A stretch of 27,349 bases of DNA from a virus (taxonomy: Duplodnaviria; Caudoviricetes), in IMG/VR virus record IMGVR_UViG_3300029822_001087, positions 1 through 27,349 of that record; one strand, given 5' to 3'. Numbering within the stretch: position 1 is the first letter of the stretch; the number at the start of each line of letters is the position of its first letter. The notes below the pieces were generated by a model. That model worked only from the letters and a program-made list of their open reading frames with translations. It was not told the DNA's origin and ran no database searches. This document shows positions 20,701-27,349 of the stretch, piece by piece. The position numbers were made by a program, and so were the translations under genes.

Positions 20701-20831
20701 TATTTATTCAGCTTGATAACGTGAGCATCGAAAACGAGGATGACTGGTCGCAGATGGCAAAGTTCCATGCAGAATGGTCAAAGAAGTTCTACGATGTGAT
20801 TGTGCCGTATATAACGGCAAATTGGCAGTAG
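17799..20831 (+). CDS. GmrSD-like DUF262 + HNH nuclease with two C-terminal DUF4268-like repeats, 1010 aa
   Basis: IPDYQRGYAW, IVDGQQR, FETMNNRGK, SIEHILPQ...GNLLPL...NS; two FW/YW...K.QIE..G..L.W repeats. GGAGGA precedes ATG17799. Confidence 0.85.
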   Translation: MANELQPLSLLFQNRLFRIPDYQRGYAWLQQQLVDFWDDLVNLQPDRYHYTGLLSLKPLKSKETVSWGEDLWLVENGYKPCHIVDGQQRITTFVILLNEIVIFVRGLDENKDKSDKEITLGYETVEEIVSKYICRKRPPNGVVTTYLFGYEVDNPSAEYMKYKVFEEPYSGAVNETYYTKNLKFAKNFFAENIRKLYVESGADGLEAVNTLYKKLTQRLMFNLHEIDDDYDVFVAFETMNNRGKKLTNLELLKNRLIYLTTLYEDDVFDEKDKSALRKKINDAWKEVYYQLGRNKSVPLSDDDFLRAHWIIYFRYSRKRGDDYIKFLLNKFSSKGIFEKTPVLVEAETEAAISDDVAESDDAENVDTEEPETIEVSKLQPKEIEEYVNSLKDMAKYWYDTYFPFESSNLTIEEQKRVDRLNRIGIGHFRPLVTTVISRRDITASSRVKIFEAIERFIFVAFRLGNFNASYGSSDYYRAARQVYVKEIDVDEVSKEIYDRTTNDIEFASQNFVTRIEKYFSTGNGYYDWNSLRYFFYEYEAKLAEKNNIDRFCTWSMFTKSEKDKVSIEHILPQTPTKFYWRNMFRQFKDTEIKMLSGALGNLLPLSQSVNSALQNDSFEDKKHSKTTGRRGYENGSHSEIEVSKLDDWDGFEIYSRTEKLLVFMQERWNIQFDDEKLEKLIGISFVKDGREIPEELEESTVAKPETEDSTDGDGDDQKLQFWTAFVNYATEHSRASDIAKQKAAGRTYYDVHIGANGYHLFFSIPYGKRIKMGIYTYNVDTYNRLKELKDQIETEFGENLNWEYSKSTGTTRSIVIEEKADVFNPAEQPKIFDWIIDHFDRITTALSMAGEHLSISGDSSETRFEIRKRYWTYALTQIHEAHGNPGSFSNVNPSTDNWINGFFGIGGFYLCCVANFDSARSEVVFARAERSENKAAFDALYQHKSEIESKLGTVLQWNRGDDIKSSKVFIQLDNVSIENEDDWSQMAKFHAEWSKKFYDVIVPYITANWQ

Positions 20832-20854
20832 TCCGCTCAGGACGAGGAGCACTG

Positions 20855-21301
20855 ATGGCAAATTTAAATTCTGAGAATCCGCACGTCGGACGCAAGTTCC
20901 AAGAATTTGTGCAAACGATTCTCAAAGAAAAATATAATACATATTTTGAGCAGGAAGCAGCAATCCCCATCGGCAGACCGCCAAAGGAGCACAAGTTTGA
21001 TCTTGCCAATGCTGACAGGTCTATCGTGGCTGAATGCAAATGTTATACGTGGACTGATTCCGGGAATGTTCCGAGCGCAAAGTTGATGGGCTTGGACGAG
21101 GCTGTATTTTACTTTGGCTTTCTGCCTTCTGGGACAAAGAAGCTGCTTTGTATGAAAAAAGCAGTGTTCCGTGGCAAGCAGGAAACACTGGCTGAGTATT
21201 ATGTTCGAGCACATGGGCATTTGCTTGAAGATGTCTCTGTAATAGAAATTTCTGATGATGGAACAATCAAGATTGTCAGAGATGGATCATCGATCCAATA
21301 G
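20855..21301 (+). CDS. Small PD-(D/E)xK restriction-endonuclease-fold protein, 148 aa
   Basis: GRKFQE...HKFDL...IVAECK motif; GAGGAG RBS before ATG20855. Confidence 0.65.
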   Translation: MANLNSENPHVGRKFQEFVQTILKEKYNTYFEQEAAIPIGRPPKEHKFDLANADRSIVAECKCYTWTDSGNVPSAKLMGLDEAVFYFGFLPSGTKKLLCMKKAVFRGKQETLAEYYVRAHGHLLEDVSVIEISDDGTIKIVRDGSSIQ

Positions 21302-21398
21302 AGGCATATTAGGGCTGCGGCGATGAAATCCCATGCACTTGTGGAACCGTCAAAGGTTGAGGCGATTTAATGCTTGATAATATGAATGGAGAAAATGC

Positions 21399-22751
21399 AT
21401 GGTTTTTAATACATTTATAAAATGTCAGGTTTGTGGAAGTATTACCAGAGTCCGATTACAGGTTGGATGGCAAGAAGAACATCCTATTGTTGTGGCTTGC
21501 GGTAAATGTGGAACTTCTTTATCTGGCAGTGTTAAGATAGGACAAGACCGACCGGGGCTAAAGTTTTCTTTTGACAATGCTGATGAAATTTCAGATGCCG
21601 AAGCTGAATATATGGTTGAATGCTCCGGCGAATTTCCGACTGTGAAACAAGGCAAAGCGGTGGAGTTGGAAGAAGTGGTTATTACTCCTTTTATCCGTTA
21701 TATGAACTGTATGAAGACAGATGATTCATATGAACAGTTCGGAAAAGCTGTGTCACAGCTGAATACAACAGAAAAGAAATGGAAGAGCTATAAAAGAATC
21801 ATTGACCTCTTCAGAAGCAACAGTGAATACCTTGTTCAGGAGATACAAAAAGAATTCTCCGGACAATACTTTCAGTGCAGAGATGAGTCTGAGGTATTGA
21901 GAGCTGTTCATATGATTGAGGTTCATGGGTTTTATTCTGCACTCAAAAAAGACATCTTGGATAATCTCTCTTTTAGTGCAGGAATTATGAAACTGGACTC
22001 TGTTCAGCTGAAGAGCTTAGTAGACTTCTTAAATTCACATGATGGTTATCATCTTGAGGAGCTACAGGATTTGATATATAAGGTCTATGATGATTTTATA
22101 AAAATATACCAGCGCCTTATTCCTGCTCTCGCTTTACAGTATTGCAAAGATGATTCTTTTGATTTTGAAGTTGAAGGCTCGACAACAAGTAGCTTTGATA
22201 GTGTAAAACAGTTCTATTTGGATGTTTATGAAGCCCTTGGTAATTTGCTTGTTATCCCGGTCGCTCTTAATAACATAAAGTACAGGGCTGACGCGAATTC
22301 GATGAATCCTTTGGAAAAGAATGTATCTTCTTTAGAGGATTATATAAAGCTCACAAAGGCATCAAGGTATCATTTTTGCTTGAACACAGAAGTCTATACC
22401 GATTTCTTGGATGTTGTAGTAAATGCAAAACTGAGAAATGCGATTGGACACAATGATGTTGAATATGATGCGGTGAGTCAGGTTATTACTTACATTCCAA
22501 ATCCAAAAGACAGAACCATAAAGAAAACGGAATATCTTCTCGAATTTGAAAATGAAGCGATGCACATGTTTCAGGCCTTATTGGGTGTTTCAGAATACCT
22601 GTATCGACTAAGAGAACTTTCTCTTATGTATGATGGCAAAATTCCACTTATGGTTCAGGAAAGAGCAAACTGGCCAAAGAAGATAGGACGTAATGATCCA
22701 TGTCCATGCGGAAGCGGAAAAAAGTACAAATTCTGTCACGGGAAGAATTAA
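21399..22751 (+). CDS. Zn-ribbon + HEPN-like (RxxxxH) + SEC-C motif protein, 450 aa
   Basis: CQVC...CGKC at the N-terminus; LRNAIGHND; C-terminal [18 protein letters not shown]. Confidence 0.75.
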   Translation: MVFNTFIKCQVCGSITRVRLQVGWQEEHPIVVACGKCGTSLSGSVKIGQDRPGLKFSFDNADEISDAEAEYMVECSGEFPTVKQGKAVELEEVVITPFIRYMNCMKTDDSYEQFGKAVSQLNTTEKKWKSYKRIIDLFRSNSEYLVQEIQKEFSGQYFQCRDESEVLRAVHMIEVHGFYSALKKDILDNLSFSAGIMKLDSVQLKSLVDFLNSHDGYHLEELQDLIYKVYDDFIKIYQRLIPALALQYCKDDSFDFEVEGSTTSSFDSVKQFYLDVYEALGNLLVIPVALNNIKYRADANSMNPLEKNVSSLEDYIKLTKASRYHFCLNTEVYTDFLDVVVNAKLRNAIGHNDVEYDAVSQVITYIPNPKDRTIKKTEYLLEFENEAMHMFQALLGVSEYLYRLRELSLMYDGKIPLMVQERANWPKKIGRNDPCPCGSGKKYKFCHGKN

Positions 22752-22979
22752 GGTTGAGACGATGGGGGTTTCGACTTGTTCCGTCAGAGCGAGGTCTTGA
22801 AACGGTCGGCAAATCTGTGGTTTTGTATATTATAGGTAGGAGCAAGGTCTTTGACCTGTTTCCGAGAACGGACAAGGGTAAAAAGCGGTGCGTTTTATGG
22901 CAAGAACACGCTTTGATAAATTCCCGCGAACGAACGTGAATCTGGCTACACACTCGACATCAAGATGAAGCAATCGAGC
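22750..22979 (+). repeat. Array of degenerate rlmD/rumA attachment-site-like repeats
   Basis: GACTTGTTCCGTCAGAGC..GAAACGGTC (22773), GACCTGTTTCCGAGAACG (22853, DLFPRT) and GATAAATTCCCGCGAACG (22915, DKFPRT). The 22849 and 22911 copies match at 18/25. Confidence 0.6.
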
Positions 22980-23021
22980 CACGTTGAGTGCGTAGCATTG
23001 ATGTCAAGGGTAAAAGAGTGA
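22980..23021 (+). pseudogene. rlmD: Orphan 3' end of 23S rRNA m5U methyltransferase (att-site half)
   Basis: Translates HVECVALMSRVKE*, the C-terminal HVE motif of RlmD/RumA, with no gene body upstream. Confidence 0.75.
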
Positions 23022-23125
23022 CAGCTTAAAAGCCTTGAAACAACGCCTTTTTCTGGCATGGATGGATTTTTCTCAGGAACGGCAGGCGGACTGCGGGAAC
23101 TTATCCAAAGACGGAATTTTCGGAA

Positions 23126-23214
23126 ATGTCAAAGGGTTGAGTAGCCATGATAGATGCCGTGTTTTCAGTGTTCAGGATGGATGTCAAAATTGTGTTGAGT
23201 TGGCAAGATAAATG
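23126..23214 (+). repeat. Imperfect direct repeat (2 copies, 55-bp offset)
   Basis: ATGTCAAA---GGGTTGAGTAGCCATGATAGATG vs ATGTCAAAATTGTGTTGAGTTGGCAAGATAAATG: 26/31 identical with a 3-nt gap. Confidence 0.75.
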
Positions 23215-23514
23215 TCATTAAAAGAGGGTCGCTCCGTGCCTGAATCGTCGGGTAGGAAAAATGAATTTTGACTGTTTTAGCCTACTAAACATCTGAAATA
23301 GGCCGCATAAATATCCGCGTTAACACAGATGGTAAGCCAAGTAGATTACTGGAGACTCGTTGACGTGTACATTGACATACAGAACGCCTTTCCAACCGTC
23401 GCGTAATTCACTTTTTCGAAGTTGATTTTCTCTATTGGTATTGCCTCATTCTGGAGCAAGGCTACATTTTTGATTCACTCAATGAGTAAAGCCTTATTAT
23501 GAGAATGGTCTTTA

Positions 23515-26500
23515 TTATTCTTTTTTCAGACCAGCTGAAAGCAGGTGGTCAACGATATCCTCTCTACCAAGAAAATAATTCTCAATGATATCCCAGCGTT
23601 CGTCGTCTGAAAAATTGCCTTCAAAAAACCGCATCATAACCTTTTGTGCAGACTCGTGGCGCTTATGTAAATCAGTCAGCAGTGCATTGGAATAATTGCC
23701 ATGTGCAAGCTGCCTCACCTTGAGCGGATCATTGATCCTTATAAAGATTTCAAGGCTTTCTCCGCCTTTGATCTCATAAGAAGCGAGCTTCAATAATTCC
23801 AGCATGGAAAGTAGATCGATTAATCTCCTGTGGCTTTCATTTTGTTTAGCCGGGAAAAAGGACTCGAAGGTGATACCATCATTAGGCGCGCACTGGTTCA
23901 GCAGTTGTCCGAAATTTTCCGCCATGGTGATATAGTTGTAACTGAGTACGCGATATACCAATCCATTTCCCGAGGTTGCTTTGTGAGAAGCGATAAAACG
24001 GTATTTTCCGCCAACATTGTTAAGAGTTATATTTTCAGTAACGTCTTTAACGAACAGATTCAGCAGCAACTCCGGGAATCCGTACTGTTTCGTTTTCAGA
24101 TCCATGATTTTTCCGAGATCAGCCTTAAAATCGGCTATTGTGAACTCGGTCCTTTTTTGCTTGTAAGCTCTGAATATTTCGGACAAAGCCTTCAGAAAAT
24201 CAGTAAACTTCTTTAGAACAGTCTGAAAATCCTGATTATAATGGATCGTTACGCGGATACGCGCGGACAAATGTTCGCCATTGTCAAACTGAAACAATGT
24301 GCCGGCGAAAAATTGATACTTGAAATTCATAAAGGTGAGATCTGAAAAATTGTCTTCCCAAAGGCGCGCCATGTCGATTTCATAGATTTTTCCGCTGTTG
24401 GTCACGATTGTAGGAGGAATGTTGCTCCCTTTCGGTGATGGAACGATCCGGCGAGTCTTGTCCTGCAATTTCTTTGCATAGGCACCGTATTTTTCAATAA
24501 ACGGCTGTTCCGTAGCGGGTGGAACATTCACATAATTTTTCGTCATCATCGATTTGGGACGAACGACAATGACCGGGAAGCCATATTTTCCAACCAAATC
24601 TTTTGCAATGAGGAGAAGACCGCACTTTACTTTATTTTCGATGTTTTCAGCCTCAAAAAGGTAGGAAAAAGTGTCTGGTGAAATAAGAAGGTAACGGTGC
24701 CTCCGGGTACTATAAATATCGTAGAGCTTTCGCAGCATTTCTTTTAACTGGTATTGCTTTAATCCAGAGAGACCATAAAGAATTCGCGTGTAGCGAAGGT
24801 CACTGTTCAAAAAATCAACAATGGCATGGCCTTTGATTTCCGGCTTGCGTGCAGCGCGCCCAATTTCCTGCACATAATCGGCAAGATTGCCGGAAGGCGC
24901 ATAATGGTAAACGTTTTGAATATCTTTGATATCGATTCCCATGCCGAACGCTTTGGTGCAGACCATGGCGGTACAGTCACCGCTGCGAAAACGCTCCTGG
25001 CTGATCTTCTTTGCGTCTTTATTCAACTTTCCATGAAATACAGCAACGCGGTTTCGGATTGCTGCATCCGATTCCAATTCTACACTGATGTTTTCGACTT
25101 GCTTGATGTAAGGACAGTACACAAGTGTTCTTTCCCCTTTCTTTACAAAGGAATTGATGCGCTCTGCCGCCTTTTTTGTTTTGAATTCATCAATACCGCC
25201 TGTAAATTCATTTCGGTCAATGTGATTGATATCGAAAGAAATATTGCTGCGGCGCACACTGCCGAGAAAGAGAAGCGGATTATCAAGGTTCAAACTTTCA
25301 ATCGTCTCATTAACAACATCCTCAGAACCGCCGTAAACAGCCGTCGCAGTTAAACAAAGAATCGGAAACAGAAGAGCCTTTTTATGTGGTCCCATACTTC
25401 CTTTTGCCGGCGCCTGGCGAAGTCCATTGAGGAAGTCTCCCAGATACCAGTAATCTGCGCGGAAATCTTTGCCCCAGGAAGTGACAATATGCGCTTCATC
25501 CACGACGAAAAGGCCAATAGGGCGCTCGCCAATCAGGCTTTCTATGGAATTGGCAACAAGCATTTCCGGCGCAATATAGACAATGGATATTTTTCCGTCC
25601 CTGATTTTTTCGATGCGTGACTGCCGCTCTTCATATGTAATATCGGAATTCAGATAAGTAGCGCCGAAAACATGGTGTGCTTCCAGATTTTTGACTTGAT
25701 CATCCATCAGAGCAATCAACGGCGTCACAACAATGGTAACGGCATCAAATTTTTCGGAAAGGTAAATAGCAGGCAACTGAAACAGCAGGGATTTTCCGGC
25801 TCCTGTCGGCGCAGTGATAAAGATGTTGTTGAAATCATGATTACCATTAAGGGCTTTTTCACTCTGCGCAATTACCGTGGAAACGATGTGTCCCTGACTG
25901 ACTGACACCGTCTCATTTGAGTTGTGAGGATCACAGTAAAACTGTAAAATGCGAAATTTTGCATCCATACCCCAATATTTTTGCAGTAGAGGAAGGTATT
26001 TATTATCTTCCGTATGACTGACTTGTTCAAATCTAGAGTGAAGCTGGATACCGTAAGTTAAATTTAGAGAATCAAGAAGCCGTACCCAACACGCAAGGCG
26101 CTGACAGGCATCACAATTTTCGCTATCCACAATATAAGTGGTTGGTGTGTATGCCTGTCCACTCAGGATATCAGCAATATGGGCAGAAAAGTCGGTACTG
26201 GAAACAGAAAGGGTACAATTACTTTCCAGCATCCTTTGGGTGAGAAATTTCGGAGAATATGAGTCGAAAAAAGGAACCGCTGTGATCCCTTCGTCGGTGT
26301 GACGATCTACAGGAGACAAAAGGCATGTTTCTCTGACCATTTCTGCATCGCCGTAAATGTCGAAGTATGGCTTCAGTTCGTCAGGAATATCAGGATTCTC
26401 CTTCTGAAAACATTGATACAGCCTTTTTGCAGTCTCTGGGGCAATGGCACATGGATAAAACTGCTGAAAAAGGTTGTTGACTACAATGACAATTTCCCCA

Positions 26501-26805
26501 CTATACAAGTCTTGAAGGGATGACGCAATAGCTGTGTATTGCTCATAAACACCGACAAGAACATGATTGTCGGCAGTTAGAATTTTTTGCATTGTCTTAC
26601 GCTTGTTTTCTTGGAGACTAATCGCCGGAATATTCAGATACTTTCCCTCCAAAACCGTGGAGGGTTGAATCAAGCCATCAAAGCCGGAGAGTAAAATTTG
26701 GTTTTGCTCCGGCGCAAAGCCCTCAAAGAATACAATTGCTTTTTTCCCCGATAAGCGACCAAGAATTTCTTTTACCTTAACTTTAAAGTAGTTTTGAAAA
26801 TCCAT
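23515..26805 (-). CDS. Large RecQ-like SF2 helicase, 1096 aa
   Basis: APTGAGKSLLFQLP, PLIALMDDQV, VVDEAHIVTSWGKDFR, LTATA, TKAFGMGID and YVQEIGRAAR; GAGGA upstream on the minus strand. Confidence 0.88.
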   Translation of the reverse strand: MDFQNYFKVKVKEILGRLSGKKAIVFFEGFAPEQNQILLSGFDGLIQPSTVLEGKYLNIPAISLQENKRKTMQKILTADNHVLVGVYEQYTAIASSLQDLYSGEIVIVVNNLFQQFYPCAIAPETAKRLYQCFQKENPDIPDELKPYFDIYGDAEMVRETCLLSPVDRHTDEGITAVPFFDSYSPKFLTQRMLESNCTLSVSSTDFSAHIADILSGQAYTPTTYIVDSENCDACQRLACWVRLLDSLNLTYGIQLHSRFEQVSHTEDNKYLPLLQKYWGMDAKFRILQFYCDPHNSNETVSVSQGHIVSTVIAQSEKALNGNHDFNNIFITAPTGAGKSLLFQLPAIYLSEKFDAVTIVVTPLIALMDDQVKNLEAHHVFGATYLNSDITYEERQSRIEKIRDGKISIVYIAPEMLVANSIESLIGERPIGLFVVDEAHIVTSWGKDFRADYWYLGDFLNGLRQAPAKGSMGPHKKALLFPILCLTATAVYGGSEDVVNETIESLNLDNPLLFLGSVRRSNISFDINHIDRNEFTGGIDEFKTKKAAERINSFVKKGERTLVYCPYIKQVENISVELESDAAIRNRVAVFHGKLNKDAKKISQERFRSGDCTAMVCTKAFGMGIDIKDIQNVYHYAPSGNLADYVQEIGRAARKPEIKGHAIVDFLNSDLRYTRILYGLSGLKQYQLKEMLRKLYDIYSTRRHRYLLISPDTFSYLFEAENIENKVKCGLLLIAKDLVGKYGFPVIVVRPKSMMTKNYVNVPPATEQPFIEKYGAYAKKLQDKTRRIVPSPKGSNIPPTIVTNSGKIYEIDMARLWEDNFSDLTFMNFKYQFFAGTLFQFDNGEHLSARIRVTIHYNQDFQTVLKKFTDFLKALSEIFRAYKQKRTEFTIADFKADLGKIMDLKTKQYGFPELLLNLFVKDVTENITLNNVGGKYRFIASHKATSGNGLVYRVLSYNYITMAENFGQLLNQCAPNDGITFESFFPAKQNESHRRLIDLLSMLELLKLASYEIKGGESLEIFIRINDPLKVRQLAHGNYSNALLTDLHKRHESAQKVMMRFFEGNFSDDERWDIIENYFLGREDIVDHLLSAGLKKE

Positions 26806-26881
26806 TCTTCTAATTTCCTCTCTGTCAATCGAAACACAGCTGTCTGCGCAGAGAACATGACTTTTTTATATAACCATTTTG

Positions 26882-26909
26882 ACTATAGCACAAAAATAGT
26901 CGCTGTAAA
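26882..26909 (-). promoter_or_regulatory. Putative sigma-A promoter for the helicase
   Basis: Minus strand TTTACA-16 bp-TATAGT with extended TG. A GACTAT/ATAGTC inverted repeat overlaps it. Confidence 0.45.
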
Positions 26910-27050
26910 GAATAAAAAGATATATTTTTCTAAATTCGGTTGCAAGTGGGAACTTTATGGGACATTGATTTTCACTTATATTTTATTCTCCGAATCAGGC
27001 ATATGTTTTACTTTCCTTGGGACCACTCACCCGACCCTGTTGAGCTGACT

Positions 27051-27113
27051 GAAGTGACGGGCCGTGACGTAGCGGCTTTCTGCGATGATCTAATCAAAAA
27101 TTCAAATACTTAG
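27051..27113 (+). pseudogene. C-terminal remnant of a DUF1048-like protein
   Basis: Translates EVTGRDVAAFCDDLIKNSNT*, resembling the DUF1048 'VTGxDVAAFCDEL' motif; no matching N-terminus is evident. Confidence 0.6.
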
Positions 27114-27129
27114 TTTATTCACCAAGCAA

Positions 27130-27160
27130 GGCACCATACACAGGATTTGAGTATGGTGCC
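27130..27160. terminator. Hairpin between convergent gene remnants (possible bidirectional terminator)
   Basis: GGCACCATAC / GTATGGTGCC perfect 10-bp stem, followed by CTTTCTCGTTTT. Confidence 0.6.
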
Positions 27161-27177
27161 CTTTCTCGTTTTCTACC

Positions 27178-27348
27178 CTATTTTTCCACATTCACCGTCA
27201 CGCCAGATTTAAATTCCACCGTAAACTTGTCCTTGTAGACGGTGATTTTCTGAATCAGCCGTTTGACCAGAGTCTCGTCGCCGCGGTGAACTTTGCCAAC
27301 GGCTTTAATTTCTAGTTTGTCAACCACCTCATCGGTATTGGTAATCGC
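27178..27348 (-). CDS. 3' end of an ORF running off the window: PTS EIIA-like segment fused to a large-serine-recombinase C-terminal tail
   Basis: Open frame AITNTDEVVDKLEIKAVGKVHRG|DETLVKRLIQKITVYKDKFTVEFKSGVTVNVEK*. The second half resembles recombinase C-termini (compare FDAQLW...VDHVTV...FTFRDGTEI of 3456-5039). Confidence 0.55.
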   Translation of the reverse strand, partial: AITNTDEVVDKLEIKAVGKVHRGDETLVKRLIQKITVYKDKFTVEFKSGVTVNVEK

Positions 27349-27349
27349 C

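Larger units (their letters stand above)
8743..22979 (+). mobile_element. Defence island (type I R-M, peptidase-HTH fusion, GmrSD-like, nucleases) bounded on the right by rlmD-type att sequences
   Basis: Co-oriented defence-type genes that end at degenerate rlmD 3' motifs. The left boundary is not visible in the window. Confidence 0.55.

Noticed and set aside
21399-22751. secA assignment from the SEC-C motif
   Set aside because: No SecA ATPase motifs; only the terminal metal-binding motif is shared.
22700-22939. 79-aa ORF containing LETV and DLFPRT
   Set aside because: It overlaps the SEC-C gene end, and the motifs are in the wrong order for RlmD; better explained as read-through of att-like repeats.
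22750-23214. Possible CRISPR array
   Set aside because: The repeats are highly degenerate and irregularly spaced, resemble rlmD codons, and no cas genes are present.
23447-23507. Nested short inverted repeats downstream of the helicase
   Set aside because: The stems are short and interrupted, with no clear U-tract; not called a terminator.

Overview
Accessory DNA of a probable Bacillota (Firmicutes) genome, built from nested or tandem mobile elements. (1) 1-~8742 is the right arm of a prophage-like element: a GH25/CW_7/LysM endolysin, an HTH/Zn-ribbon protein, a small SHOCT-like protein and two tandem large serine recombinases. Cargo follows: a GmrSD-like DUF262-HNH nuclease with its own promoter, an XRE HTH, an ABM-family protein and a VOC-family protein. 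The element ends in TGCAC-rich hairpins that abut the SAM-binding motif (DPACGSG) of a 5'-truncated hsdM, so it appears to be inserted in hsdM. (2) 8743-~22980 is a defence island: hsdM remnant, intact hsdS, doubly frameshifted hsdR, an unusual YgjP/M48 + IrrE/ImmA + HTH fusion, a second GmrSD-like nuclease with two DUF4268-like repeats, a small PD-(D/E)xK nuclease and a Zn-ribbon/HEPN-like/SEC-C protein. It ends in a cluster of degenerate copies of the rlmD(rumA) 3' attachment motif (DxFPxT..HVE). (3) 23515-27349 holds a large minus-strand RecQ-like helicase, a DUF1048 remnant and a PTS-EIIA-like/recombinase-tail chimera. No rRNA, tRNA or CRISPR array was seen. All family calls come from motif recognition by eye, not from database searches.
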